Below the pieces are notes generated by a model. It was given only the letters and a program-made list of their open reading frames with translations. It made no database searches and was not told the DNA's origin. Shown here piece after piece: positions 49,702 to 64,000 of a stretch of DNA of 64,000 nucleotides. Position 1 is the stretch's first letter. Every line of letters begins with the position of its first letter. The translations under genes and the position numbers were made by a program. Origin of the DNA: Podarcis vaucheri (lineage: Eukaryota); NCBI GenBank assembly GCA_965113315.1, contig OZ220366.1. One strand, given 5' to 3'.

Positions 49702-51312
49702 TAGTAGCTTATCAGCTTTAAAACCTACTTCTATGGATGAGGTAAGTATTCCACATGTCCCCTCTGCTCAAACTGATTGACTACTTTTTGAGTTTGAGCT
49801 ATTGCCCTTGGGGGGCGGGGAAATCTTACCTTCAGGAAGGAGGTGCCAGGAGAAGGGAATGATGACAGGGCAGATGAAACCCAAGAGGGCCTCCTCTTGG
49901 TGGCCAGCTTGCTTTATACATCATTTATAGTGAGATGCACAATGTCTCATGATATGGTGGCACATGATCTAGGAAGCTTTGCTGCTGAGCAAAGCCCCTT
50001 TCCATTAAGATAAGCATTATTGCAATACGACATTTGGGAGGGTGGGGCAGAGCAGAGGAAATCAGGCTGCTTATAAGTCAAGCCCTTGTAAGGCCCATCA
50101 TGGTTTTTCAAACTTTCAACTTAAAAACAAGCAGTCAAACTGCAAGTTCAGCTGAGCAGCTGGGTGTTTGCCCATCTCTACCATTTTCTTATAAGTAAAT
50201 AAAGTCTGTAAAACATGAAATACTTTACAGTTTCAGTCTTAAAACTTTTACAATTGAAATAACATGTCCACACTTTGTTCTTTAGTGTTTGTACAGGGTG
50301 AATACACTTTTAAGAATCTGCAGGCTTGAGCCCAAATGAAACTACATGGAACGGAGGCATAGAAAAAAGGCATAACTGAATAATCATCAGCTTTAGCATT
50401 CTGAATCCAGACCAATTACAGTAGCTAGACTTTAATATTGTATGACAACTTGTGCTTTGAGAGCATTTGCACATGGTATATTGGTTGGGTTGATACAAGT
50501 TTAACCTATCAGCTATTCCCATTAGAGTTTTCCTGTGAGAAAGATTGTCACTTCAGTTTTGTGATTTATTCCTCAGACATTACAAATTTGCATTTTTTGC
50601 ATGAAACAGAAAAACATATCTGAACCTCATTACTTTCTCTTCAGACATTACAAAGCAGCTACTAAATATGCTCAAGGCAATTGCTCTGGTTCTGGCAAAA
50701 GAGTAGCAAACCAGATGGTATAAATGTTTCACAATGCAAAGCAATCTGGATACTGACTCGGCATGATGCACAGCACCATGGAATTCCCAGATTGCTCTGA
50801 GACTGCAGCAAGTGGGTAGGGAGATCATGATTTCTGTTAAATGTTCTGAGCATGAAATTGGGTATTTCTGTCCGCAATTGTGCAAACTGTGCTTTAGAAG
50901 GTAAACAGGATTCATTTTATTAAATTAGGAGAGGGGTGGGGAAACTCCATCCCATGGTCCAATCTTGGCTTGCTAGGTGTTCCAATTTGGCCTGCTAGGC
51001 CATTTCCCCCAAACTTTTCCCATCTGCCCATCTACTGACCTCACTGGGTTTAATTCTACATTGGCTGTGTATCCTGTCTGAAGGGAACAGGATCAAATAG
51101 CCAAGGCAGCAGAATTTAATCCATGGTCATCAGTAATTAGTAATGGCAGCAGAGACTCCTCTTTTCACACACTTGGCTGCTGCCTGCCCAGTCACTTAAA
51201 GGAGAACCGTCAGCTGTTTTAAGCAGCACTTTTGCAAAGTGCTTAAAAACAGCCTTGACACTCCCATATCAGCCTCCAGAGCTATATTTTAAAGCACATG
51301 ATATATCTGGAA

Positions 51313-51337
51313 ATATATATATATATATATATATATA
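51313..51337. repeat. (AT)n microsatellite abutting the exon 10 donor
   Basis: Directly visible. Confidence 0.95.
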
Positions 51338-51338
51338 C

Positions 51339-51542
51339 CTTCCGCACAGAAGCTAATCGATTCATCATTAAAGATTCTTCTCTGTCGTCGTCGTCATCCA
51401 ATTCGAGCATGGGTATACCAAAACTATCCATAATGCTGCAGCACCTTGTGTTCTCATCTCGGGGATCAAAGGGGTCCACAATTATGGGTTCAGTTCCTTT
51501 GATTTCACAGCGGCAGAAAGGACACCCCTGACCATCAGACTC
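51339..51542 (-). CDS. CBLB: CBLB exon 10 (204 nt), RING C-terminal part
   Basis: [68 protein letters not shown]. Confidence 0.97.
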
Positions 51543-54500
51543 CTATATGGGTGAAAAGCAAAGTCCTTAATTACTGAGCACTATTTTTATTTGTATGTAT
51601 AGAACATTCCTCAAGAAAAGGGAAATCAGTGAAAAGAATTTTAATTGTTAATTAAAATTACTGCAAAAGAAAACCCAACTGAATGTCTGTTATTCAAATA
51701 TAGTTCTGTTTTATTTTGTCTTCCAGGCTTGCCTCTTCATGAATGTTCAGATATACATCTGGACTTGCAGTTGTCACTAACATGTTGCAGTATTGTGAAT
51801 AGCTACACTAATGGGAACCTCTTTCATTTGGTAGAATTCCAAAAATTAGGTCAAAAGCTTTCATACCAATGAATTTACACAAACATTTCTAAGCAATTAG
51901 GGACATATTATCTAATAGCTTTCAAAAGGTCATATTTGTTTACCTTGCACATGAACATCATTGGTATTATGTTCCCAAAATTGTTAAGAGGAATAAACAT
52001 AAATTACCCAATCTGTTTTTCTCCCTACAGAAGTAAGCTTTTAATTGTGCATGGTTGTTTTTTACATTTATAAGTAAATGCAACACAAACATAAACAACC
52101 GGAGAAAAAATACATGTTTTAAAGAACGGAGCAAAAGAAAGGCAGGCAGGCAGAGAATATCACTGTACAGCATAGAGGTACTATTTACTTTACAGTATAG
52201 AGGTACTATTTGAGGGGAAAAGAAGAAATATTTTTTGCTTTTTAACCACAGGCTCTATGCTTTATCAAGTGCTTTTGAAACTTCTCTCTTGTTTATTTAT
52301 TTCTATATCACATGCATCCTCACACCATTTTGAATGTAAATTATATCTATTCAGTCAGACTTGCTTAAATAAGACAATATACAAGTGACTTTTCACACTG
52401 CCTACTGGAAAGGAGTCTCCACATTTTGTCAGTCCTTGATAACTTACCAAATACTGACTCTGCCTTATCCTCAAAATCAGAACAGGAGTGCTGTCCTGTG
52501 TCTGAAAATGCTCAAAGCTTTAGAGGCATAGGGAATGCTTCTGAAGCAAAATGCAAAAAAATAAACAAACTCTGAACTTGGTCTCACTTTGTGCAGGAAG
52601 GTAGTCACATTAAAAGAGATGACTGTTACTAGCAACCTTGACAATGCATTTGTAGATACCCACTTTGGGCTTTAAAATAAGCAATGATTCTATACAAATG
52701 AGTGATTGGCTACGCACACATATAAATTCAATTCAATGTTATAAGCATACAGGAATATTAGGGCAGTGCATGAGTATGAGGAAAAAAAACTATTTTTAAA
52801 AAAACCCCAAGATAGGTTCCTTTTTCTTATCTTATACATTTTAATTTTTATTTCAATGTTTATTTATCCTAGTTTTCTCTCCATTAAAAAGTACTGAGAA
52901 AGTTGACATTCAGTACAGAATACCCAGAATAACTGAAGACATGGAGTAGCTTATTTTATTTAATAACGCAGATGTTTCACTATGGGAAAAGGGGACTGGC
53001 AATTTCTCCTTAGGCATGTCTAATGAGCCATTATGACAGCAATTAAACACTAACCACTAGCAAGTATCAACTGACATTGCTACAGTATGTTCCTTTCATC
53101 AACTCATTAATTATACAGAAGTTAAATTTGCAATGAAGTTTGATTAAATAGGAAATGTGGCTGCTAATGCAAGAAAAGCCCAATGCTCTCTTTCTCATTA
53201 GAATTCACTTATTAAGGGTTACACTTTAGCTGGAAATACACGATCTGTGTGTTTGGTTTGGGCCATATTCTTCATCCCCACTGAGGCGTAGAAGGAGGAA
53301 CAGCACTCCAATGGAAAGTTAACACCTGCAATTTGCCTCTGCACTTGTTTTTACAGCTGCTACACCTAAAGACCCAACAGAGAGTGCAATCCCCATTGGT
53401 GAAAGGAGGAAAAGGGATATTTTTAATTTAATTGCCACCATTTCTACGGCCTTCTTAGCATCCTTAATAGTTTTTTAGATTCCACCAGACAAACAAAAGC
53501 ATGTAAAAACAGAGCCTAAAATTTATATACACAAAGATCACACTGGGTGCAATATGAGAGAGTTTACTTCCTGAGAGTCTGCTAGAAGTAATAGGACTGG
53601 ACTCGCTGGTAGCTTCCATCAGATTTAAGTGTGTTTAACTTTCTTTGAATGGTTTCTATTTTAAATGCTTAGGTACAATTTAGGTACAAGTAGGCAGAGT
53701 TCAGGCTTGTCAGATTAATTTTGCTTTTTCCGAGAACCCCAAGATCTAGCAACAAGAGCCTGGCACAATATTCTAACATATAGCCTCTGAGCACGACTGA
53801 GCATAGCAAATTTTGTTTTCATTACTAGAAACAAGCAGAACGTACTGTACTTTCACATAAACATTCACTCCTGGTTAAGTTTTCTCATTTTGAGAAGCCA
53901 AAAGTTATTTTGAAGTGAGCTGCTTCAAATAGCCATTTTGAGCAGGATTTAATCTCTATCCATCAGCTGAAGAGCAGAGATTTCATCCTGTTGCCTTGTA
54001 CCCATGATCATGTTCTCTGCTGGGTATACAGCAAAAAGCCACGGCGGAATTAAATCCTGTCCATCAGTGATGTCAACTGATGGGATAGTGTAGGCATGAT
54101 TTGGGAAAAATAGCCTTGCAGGCCAAAATTGGATCCCCTTCTGGACCATGACTGGCCTGGAGGACAGAGGTTCCCCATTCCTACAGTAAGGGTTCTCCAG
54201 ATTTGATAAAGCAAAGGAAGAGGGGTAGGAGAAAGAGAGATGATTCACCTTAGCTTCCTTCTCGGCTTGGTGTTTTATTGCTGGGTGAGTTATTTATCGC
54301 ACAAGTTCTTAAGAGTGCTGACCATTTGAGAAGTCTCTCTCTTCTCCACCCATACACCGCCACTTATCTTCTCCATCCAATAATTTTTAAACATCTTCCT
54401 TGACAAGATCTCACCTAATAATGCTGTTACTTGTAATTCTCAATAGCTTATTGATCTAGCTTTGAATACAGCCCTGCATTTATTTTTATATATGATAAAG

Positions 54501-54876
54501 TGTGTCAAAGTGCAGGGCCAGATGCCCTCCACCCCATTCCATATAAAGAACATAACTGGACTGGCAACTGAAGCTTATTTCAATGCTGGTAACACAATAG
54601 CATTGTCCACAGCACCTGAGGCAGCACAGTAGTTTGAAGTGGCTATGACAGTCCATGTAGCATACATAGGTCTGTCCTCCAACAAAGGGAAATAGCTGCT
54701 ACTCTGTACCTCAGCATCTGCCACTTGAGGTGACCCTTTCACTTTGCCTATTATAGGACTGGCATGACAAAGTGGAAGCAAAGTAGCAATATTTCAAAGC
54801 ATATTCCTGAAGCCGATACTGCTGAAAATGAACAGTGAAAAGAGGACCACAACAAGTCGGAAAATAAACCTACCTA

Positions 54877-55062
<186 letters not shown>

Positions 55063-56520
55063 CTATTGCAGTTAAGTGGCTCTGTGGGATGGTAAGTTTA
55101 CAAGCTTGCTTCTAACACAGTTTGAGGTTTTTAAGCAAAACAGTGTTTGAGATCACCTATTTTTGAAGACATTCATGTGACAAAAAATACCTCACAGTAA
55201 CTGGCTACAGTTACTGGCTAACATTATGATAGAAAACTATTTCAAAACGGGCATAACTTGAAAACAAATGGGGTTGGGGAGATACCCAGAAGACCTGGAA
55301 ATGATACCTGAAAGCAGCAAAGGAATTATCTTTTTGTTAATTCCTCTTAATTTGCCATAGCAAGTGAAAGTTCATGTTCCAGCTAGAAAGTTGTGTCCAT
55401 TTCCCTCTGTTGGGAACTGGAACTGCACGACAGTATGAAGTATCTCTAGCTTATATTTTAGTCTTTTCTAACAAAATCTTATCTTTGCCAAAGTTCTGCT
55501 CTTCTTCCTTAATTTTCCTGTCTTTTCATTTTTATAGTAGGTGAAATACCAATCAAAGATGTGTAAGGAAATTATAATCTTCCAATATCATCTTCAGCAT
55601 GTCATCACTGCTAGAAGGATAATTATCTCCTAAGTGCTCATAACATTTGTACTCTAGGTGCCAATTCTTCCTTAAATGTCAGAAAAAATAATGTCACAAT
55701 GCAAGCCGTAATTACAGCATTGTTAGCATACTCCACATAGCATGTACAGGCAACTTGGGGAGTATTTGAGAGCTTGTTTGTTATTGTTGTTTATTTTAAG
55801 TGATAGTGATTTATCTTTACTATGAAAAAATACTTTGTAATGCCTATCAAAACATCAAGTCTAACAACATGACACATGCATCAGAAACATTCAAAATGCA
55901 GCCAGGGTATTGGCCAATCCACAACAGCTACAAAGAATGAATAGACCATCCTCATCAATATGACAAAACTACCAATGGATGGTGCAGCGAAGAAGAGATA
56001 TGGATTTCTGGCCAACACTTCCTCATTTTTGTATCCTTTCACCATATACGACCAAAGGTCACTCAAGCCTTAAGATGTAATTATCACCAGAGAGGCATCC
56101 AGAGGGGTCAAGCCGCTTGATAAAAATAAATTCACAGGCTACCAAGATCATTACGGTTTTAAACACCCTCCCTACTACAGTTCACAACTAACACACTGCT
56201 TTTCATGAAGGTAACTGAATAGAGATTGTAAAGCAATTAATTATGTTTTTGAGGTTAAGGATTATTTTATCTGGATGTTATTTTGAGACTATTGAATGAT
56301 AATATTATATTTAGCTTAATTATAAAGTAAATTCAAACTTTTTCAGAGAGCCCCTATGCAAACCCATCTCATATATTTCCCCACTCCCCTGCCACACCTC
56401 AATAGTGAGTGCCCATTAATGGGTGTAAATGAACATCTTACTAAATTTTGGCATTTAAATCTGTTGCATTGTTTTTTATTAATGCTTTTGCTATAAATGA
56501 AGTGATAATATGGAACGTAC

Positions 56521-56608
56521 CTGTGTAACTTTTATGTGATCATGTGGGGTGGGTTCACACAGTCCTGTCAGATCAGGATTATAACTTCTTCCATCTGGGT
56601 ACAGATAG
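56521..56608 (-). CDS. CBLB: CBLB exon 8 (88 nt)
   Basis: [29 protein letters not shown]; AG/GTACGT. Confidence 0.97.
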
Positions 56609-57202
56609 CTGGATTACAAAGAAATAAAGTTTACAATTTTACATTGCTTCTAAATTTTTTAACATTTAATCACACAATGTGCACTAACACATATATAGCT
56701 ACAAGTTAAGAAAACCCAAACATATGGCTTTCCGAATGAATTTGATAAAACTGGGACAAGTTCAAAGGTCACTAGACAACACAAATCACAATAGTTACAC
56801 CTGAAAGCATTCTACCACCAAGCTATTCATGAATGGTAAATTTAGATGAGGGTTCCAAAGGTTTTCTCACCCCACTCTAAGCATTTGCTTCCAACAACTT
56901 TTTACATTTCCTCTTGCCATTCATTACAATGTCCATGTTTATGTTGTTTTTCTTTATGCACTATCTGCTGATAATTGTAGCCCACTTTCCCTTTCATTGT
57001 CGCATATAAGTTCACCCTCACCTCTTCTCTTCTCGTCTCCTTGTTTTACTGTTAAGTCAGCAACATAGACTCTAGTTTGCCTAAATTTGGGACACTAAAG
57101 AAGAGTGTTTGTTTCCCTTTCCCTGCATGAAAATTATGAGCACTCATTGCAATAAAGATCTAATTTTATATTGGATAACTAAACATTGGTCAGACTGAAA
57201 TA

Positions 57203-57444
57203 CAGTGGCACCTTGGGGTAAGTACTTAATCTGTTCTGGAGGGCCGTTCTTAACCTGAAACTGTTCTTAACCTGAAGCACCACTTTAGCTAATGGGGCCT
57301 CCCACTGCTGCCGCGCCACCGGAGTATGATTTCTGTTCTCATCCTGAAGCAAAGTTCTTAACCGGAGGTACTATTTCTGGGTTTGAGGAGTCTGTAACCT
57401 GAAGCATATGTAACCTGAAGCGCACGTAACCCGAGGTACCACTG
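57203..57444. mobile_element. Tc1/mariner-pogo MITE, family A
   Basis: TA-flanked TIRs; 78 nt from the exon 7 donor. Confidence 0.9.
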
Positions 57445-57522
57445 TACATACCACTCTTAGGTGCATTCCATTTGTCAAAGAACCAAGATTCTGTATTTAA
57501 AGTAGTAAATATTTATACTCAC

Positions 57523-57660
57523 AATCCCTCCCGGCTGCCATCAATCAGAGCTTGAAATAAAGGCTTATTATGAGGTATTGTCTGTAAAATATTTCCATCG
57601 CCAGTGACATATCCAATGGCCCACTGTCCTAGTCGAGTGCAGCTTAATCTGAAAATGTAG
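57523..57660 (-). CDS. CBLB: CBLB exon 7 (138 nt), TKB SH2-like region
   Basis: [45 protein letters not shown]; AG/GTGAGT. Confidence 0.98.
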
Positions 57661-58269
57661 CTATAAGGCAATGTTACAAAAACACACTTAACAACATACA
57701 AAAAGACCTCCTGGATCAGGCCTAAGGCCCATCTAACCCATTGCCCTCCATGTTGTTTCACCCTCAATTTCCATTAGCTCAAAAATATAGCTAATAGTGA
57801 TGATGGGAGATGTGGTCCTGCAACATCTGGAGGGCCAGAGGTTAACCATCTCTTCACTAAAGCTGCAGTATGTGGTGCCTATAGCCCAGCCTCTACATGA
57901 AAAACATGGGTCCTGTTAAAAGTTAGGAAAACTTTCATTTAAAATTAGAAAGAGGGGTAATAATCCCCCCAGTTCTGAAAGAAAGGTAAAAAAAATCTGG
58001 AAGCAGCACATTTAAAAGGCTCAGCACTTAAAACAAGGGATCTATGTTTATTAGACTTTACTATGTTCACATAAGTGCATTTTATAATTTTAAAATGCAA
58101 ATTCAGTCAGGTGAGCAACACCAGGGTTGCAGGTTTTTCCAGTGTAGCTAGGAATCTCAGAAAATATACTAAGTGAACACTGGTCAAAATAGCACAAAGA
58201 GCAAAAGGTTTTACTGAACACAAAGGTCAAATGACCCTCTTCTAAGAAGTATTAGCAAAAATGCATTAC

Positions 58270-58391
58270 CTTCCTGGTTTGGTGCTGTATTTTTGTAACC
58301 GTGCTTTAACTTCATCGTAAGTCAGAAATGCCATATATCCAGGATGCGTTACAGCTAGGAAGTTCCAGTTTCTTAATATTGAACCCCAAGG
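58270..58391 (-). CDS. CBLB: CBLB exon 6 (122 nt)
   Basis: [41 protein letters not shown]; AG/GTAATG. Confidence 0.98.
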
Positions 58392-59844
58392 CTAAACACA
58401 AAGTGAAAAGAATATTATATTTTTGTCCCATCTTTCCTCCAATCATTGTGGTGGCATACACTGCTATTTCCCCACTACACTTGCGACCATGTGGGGTAGA
58501 TTAGGCTGAGAAAGAGGGCCAGCTTGAATATAACAAGCTCACTAAAACATGCTTTTGTAAGTCAGGATTTTGTTCCATGATTTGGTAAAGCAGGCAATGA
58601 GCTTCATGCCTGTGGACTCCCTGCATTTCTCTCTGTGTTACTGGTTTCTGCCATGATTACTTTAAATCACAGTTTATCATTTTGGAAATAAAGGGAAAGT
58701 CCTTTAAAGCAAGCACGATTTTTTAAAAAAACACTTAAACCAGCACATGAGGGGATGGGGAGCATGAGAAACTGTACCCATCTTAATAAATCATGGTTTA
58801 TTAAGCCAGGATCTTTATGTCTGAACCAGCACGTTGTGACTGGGTCAAGGCCACTCAGTAAACTTTATGGCTAGATGTAAATTTTTGCTCAGCTATCCTC
58901 AGTCCAAATTCAACATTCCAGACAGTCACCATATCAAAGTGTCTCACAATGTATGCAAGATATACTTCTGAAGTCTATAGAATTATTAACATAATTCATT
59001 CAATGTACGTGATTAACTTTGATACAATTTAACTGGGGGAAACATGCCTAGTTTCATAGCAGGTGAAGAAAAGCCTACTGTCAGCTAAATATAAACTGTT
59101 GCTCCTCATGAAGCAGCTATCAAAACTTTGATCTTCAATCAAAACTATTTCTCTCTCTCTCTTTATATACTGCCTTTAATAAAAATAATATTAACATGAT
59201 TCACAATACAATAAAACAATGCAATAAAACATAATAGAAAGCTGTAGTACCCAACATCAGGGGCCCAAGAATACAGAAGCAATTTCTATAATTTTACCTA
59301 GTGTTCAGTATGCAATTTATCACAGCAGTGATGCATGGTAATATACTAAACCTGCCAACTATTACAATTGTTATTTGGAGGTATATAGAGTTCAAGAATA
59401 TAAACAGATCCTATCTCATATTCCCATACCCAGATGTTTAGTTTGTCTGAGTCTTTAAGCTGCCCTCATAAAGGGAAGAATTTTTTTCTTTTCTCATCTG
59501 TACTCTCTCCTTACACCATTATATTTATTGTAAAGGTGAGAAAAAAGTAATAGAGGAGCTCTAAGCATAATAAGCAAACTGGTTTTTTTATTTAAAAAGT
59601 TAAGCCAAAGATAATTCACACAAATAAAGTTTCCACGACAAACCAAGCCTCAGCTTTTATTCAGTTTTAATCAGACTTTTTTCTTAACATTTTCTCTGAA
59701 CAAAATGTGGCAAAGATTTTGTTTTTAACTGAACAAAATGGTATATTGACTTCAACCATTAGTGAATGCTTTGTAGGGTTTAAAAAAACATACTTGGTTG
59801 TAGACAACATAGGAAGAGGAGGTTCAATATTAGGCTGAATATTA

Positions 59845-60063
<219 letters not shown>

Positions 60064-62432
60064 TCACATCCTGTAAAATCAGAGCCATGTAGGTTCATGA
60101 TTATACATCATGTTCGCTTACATCTCCAGGTGAAGGGTTACCAGCAACCTTCTCCTGGCAGCACTATGGCCAGGGGCGAGGAGAGAAGATAGATGATGGA
60201 AGGAATTGGTGTCTGAACAGCACAGCAAGATTTTAAGTTGGCACCGGGGGGAGAGCACCATTCAAGGTCTACTTAGGCAGCAAAAATACATGGCTCTGTA
60301 TCTAGGTAAAGGATACACAAAGGCATGGATATGTGCCTTTAGTGGTGGCAAGCCACACTTTGGAACATACTGGAAATATACCTGGCCAATTCCTTTTTGT
60401 AAAAAATTGATTGCCCAGAAAAAACATTTAATACTGGTTCACAGCCCTTTAAATAATGTGCAGATTTTGTAGGCTTCTTAAAATTGGTATCTTCACATAA
60501 TTCTTTTCAAAATATTTTCCACTTGTATGATGACAATTATTATCTTTCCCGTGGTTTCCAGTTTATAGGAATGAGTACTATTGCTCAGATCCCAGAATGC
60601 ACCACCCACAAACGAGAGGTAGCAATACATTTGGGGAAGCCCCGAGGTTTGCAGAAGGAAAAGAAACTGAAAATAGGGAAGGGGAGAACCCAACACAGCA
60701 CCAAGGACTCAGTGAGCACTTAAGGATGACTGACTATTGAGGGAGGATGGAAAACTGGATGGAAGGAGAAAGCAATGAAGCATCTTGGGTGAACAGCACT
60801 GGCTGACTGAAGGAAACACTGTACAAGAGCAGCCGACATTGCAAAACTGTGTTTCAGGTCCCATTTGCTATTCCTGCTATTTGTTCACACTTCAACTCTC
60901 TGACAATAGAGTAATTAAAATGCTAAATAAATAGATAACAATGACTTAAGACCACCTGAAAATGTGGACTACAGGGGGAAATATTGCTATTGGCTTCAAA
61001 GTTAATAGCCCACCTTTAAATAATATTTTAAAATAGTTCAAACCAGGAAGATGCTGCCCATCATGATTCATATCCAGACAGTAGCTGAATGCTAAATTTT
61101 AGCAATAAACTTCTGAAGTCTTAGTGCCATCTCAGCAAATTTCCCAGCTAATATATAGTGTAGACTTTTTTCCTTTTGATTTATTACTGCATGTATTCTT
61201 TCCCAATATACCCAGATGTTTCAATAATGCAACTTGCTGAAAGACAAGTAGGTAGATAGGTTGTAGGGTGTGAGGTTTTGAAGAGCCTATACTCCAATAG
61301 TTAAGAGACACAGACCTGCCATAAGCAATCTTGCCAAAGGAATTTCCTACCTTGAAGCAAAAATAGCTCACAGGGAGTGGCTGTGTAAGAACTCTGTGGT
61401 AAACTTCACAGAATGAAATTTTAGATGGCATCAAACTCACAGAGGTGAGCAGGTTCGTTAATATATGGATTACACAGAAATGAGCTTCAGTCTTCCAGAT
61501 CATGCTGAATTTCAACACAACCTTCAGCACTAAATAAGGTCATAATCACTTTTCCTAGTACAATAAAGGCACATTTTCTTACTCGTGCAAGATCAACATG
61601 TTACCTTATATATGGTCTGGTGTTTTTTTCAGGGGTATTGTATTTTCTGAGAATTTTAATACAGTATTTTTGTGCATCAGGAAATGTAATACTTAGATAA
61701 CACCTATCATGATAGCTGTGCAATATTCAAATTTATTACCTTATAAAACCTGTTATCAATAATCACAAACCCACTCCTACCATTTGAATACAGCTACTGA
61801 AAATGGACCTTTCAGTCCAAGCCTTCCTCAACTGCTGACCACTAGAATGCACAGCTTCATATTGTTAGTTTCAATATTGTTAGTTTTAGTAATCTAATTT
61901 TCCTTTTGAACTTTTTATATCTTTTGATTTCCCTTTTGAACTTTTATATCAATTACCTGAATATCAATATTGAGTTTTTTGTGGGTTTTTTGAGTCTCTG
62001 ACTCCTTACTGTAATCTGCTTCAAGATATACAATTATATAGCAAATTGGTCTAGAAACAAAGGCTAGAATACAAGCGGCAAAAGATGTGTTGTGAATTTC
62101 ACTGAGTACAAGTTTAACATGCCTACTGTGTGGTGGCGAGGGGCTGTCTCACTTCTCTTCCTCCATTGCAGCCTCAAGTAACTGTCCAGCACACCTTCTT
62201 TGTATTGTCTGGGGTCTGTTAACATCTACTTCAGGCAATTAAGTCTGTTATGAATAGTTTGCAAGGCACTTTAGCCACATCTGGTCAAAACCTTACATGA
62301 CAAGTGTCTCTTATGTACTTGTCTTTATACATAAATGTTAAAAGGATACTAAAAATGGGGGCGGGGAGACTTAAGGACATCCTTGGGAATCATATGCAAC
62401 ACAAAAACTTTTGCAAAATTGACTATACTTAC

Positions 62433-62579
62433 TTCTCACCAAAAAACTTCTTCCAGAATTCTGCAGCATCAGCTTTTGTGATACGAAAGTTGTCACCCTG
62501 GAACTGACCATTAGGAAAGATTGCCTTGATTTCTGCAAGCATGTGACTGAAGATGAGGGACAGCTTTGTAAGATTTCGC
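62433..62579 (-). CDS. CBLB: CBLB exon 4 (147 nt), TKB four-helix region
   Basis: [49 protein letters not shown]; AG/GTAAGT. Upstream exons lie beyond the window. Confidence 0.98.
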
Positions 62580-64000
62580 CTTTTAATGAAATAAAACAGG
62601 GGGTAAACTAAGCAAAATATACCGAAGAAGTCTCTTGTTTGAAAGGAAAACGAAGACCTGAATTTCAAAAATTCAAAAAGCAACGTGTGTCCCATGTTTT
62701 CTTATTTTTAAGACCACATTCATACCACAATTAAACAGTGCTTTAGAAAACATTTGCTAAATAATAATGCCAGTTCTTGGGTACATTTTAAGGTATTTAA
62801 ATAAAAACAAAAGCCATATATTAAATTTGATAAATTGTTTATGTATATTCAAAAATCTTCAGTAAGGGAAGTTACTGCACTTTAAAAGGTAAAATATAGC
62901 CATATTCAATGCAGTTGTTTCTTAAAACTGTTGAGGTTATGTCATAAGAAACAACAAAAATTGATAGCTCTATTGTTACAAAACAATGCCTCAAGTAGCC
63001 ACTGTAGGCATATAAGAGAAGATTTGTAAGACATAGTAAGACAAAAGAAAACAACCTGTTGATACTTATTGAATGATATCCAGGGAAATCAACTGGTTTT
63101 ACAAAAGGAAGTGGAATTTATTTTAAACCACATATTAAGTTATTCTAAGGGCAAAACTGCTTTTCACAAAGTTCTTTCTAGCATAGATTTATTTAATGTA
63201 CGCATAACATTAAATTTCACATTCCTTCCTGCAGAGGCACAGTTTACTTTCAAATAAAAATGAAACATGTTCCAGGTGTACAAAAAGAAATGCAGGCAAA
63301 AATACTTTACTAGCCCATTTACTAATATCCACATGCACATCACAGGTCAGATAGTGAGCCCAAAGAGCTACTTGCTTTGATAAAAATTGCTAATTGTCTT
63401 AGGCAAGTAGCAAATTATAAGGTTGGCCTTGATCTCAGCTTTTCAACAGCCTGCAGTTTTCAGTGATTAACACATAAGGAAGCTTCACAGACTTGTATTT
63501 TTCAATGTACATAGTACTTTACACGCAGTAACATTAGCAAGGAAACAGAAAAATTCTGACCCCAGGGAGCACACAGTCAAAATCTGGGAACCATTCAGAA
63601 ATTGGAAAAGCAAGGTTGACAATTTAATGTCCCATGATGACTTTGAGTGATGTTATATTGGGGGTATTGTGATTAATTAAAGTGACAGGCAGCTCAGAGA
63701 CCCAGACCCTGAACAGGGAGGCCCAAGGCTGGCATCAGAGTGAGACCCTGACAGATGGCCAATGATGCCTCTCCTGTGTGCGTTCGAACATATATTTCTC
63801 TCCAAACTAGAACACTTTTCTTACTCAAAGTAGTCTGTGGTATGTCAACTGATATTTGAAGTGTATGTATTATTAACTTTGTAGTGTACTTCCTTTTCGT
63901 TCTTTTGTAAATTCTATTCTTTAATAAAGTTTGTATTTTTAAAAAAGTCATCTTGGTCCACTAACAAAAGGAAAAGTGCTAAGACACATCCTAAACAATG

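Overview
Eukaryotic genomic DNA from a squamate reptile, most likely a lacertid lizard (Sauria/Squam1 SINEs, Squam3-type CORE-SINEs with (CTT)n tails, BovB). Two genes converge tail-to-tail. On + is the 3' end of ALCAM/CD166: last coding exon 4975-5094 and a non-coding terminal exon from 6589 to about 8410. On - are 16 coding exons of CBLB (exons 4-19 by human numbering, 62579 down to the stop at 29671), covering the TKB, RING, Pro-rich and UBA domains, with GT-AG sites and consistent phases. The rest is intron or intergenic DNA with SINEs, BovB, RTE-X-like, DIRS and L2 fragments, Tc1/mariner-pogo and hAT MITEs, and short Penelope-like insertions. The leads most worth checking: (1) a sequence-complete minimal hammerhead ribozyme in a Penelope-like insertion, sense to ALCAM's last intron, whose cleavage site lies inside a 34-bp inverted repeat; (2) a pre-miRNA-sized hairpin in CBLB intron 13; (3) inverted SINEs flanking in-frame CBLB exons 11-12; (4) two candidate in-frame CBLB cassette exons; (5) a 92-nt CBLB intron that reads open up to its acceptor TAG. 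I found nothing that is clearly a wholly new biological system; these are candidates, not established findings. Gene and repeat-family assignments are from recalled sequences, not database searches.
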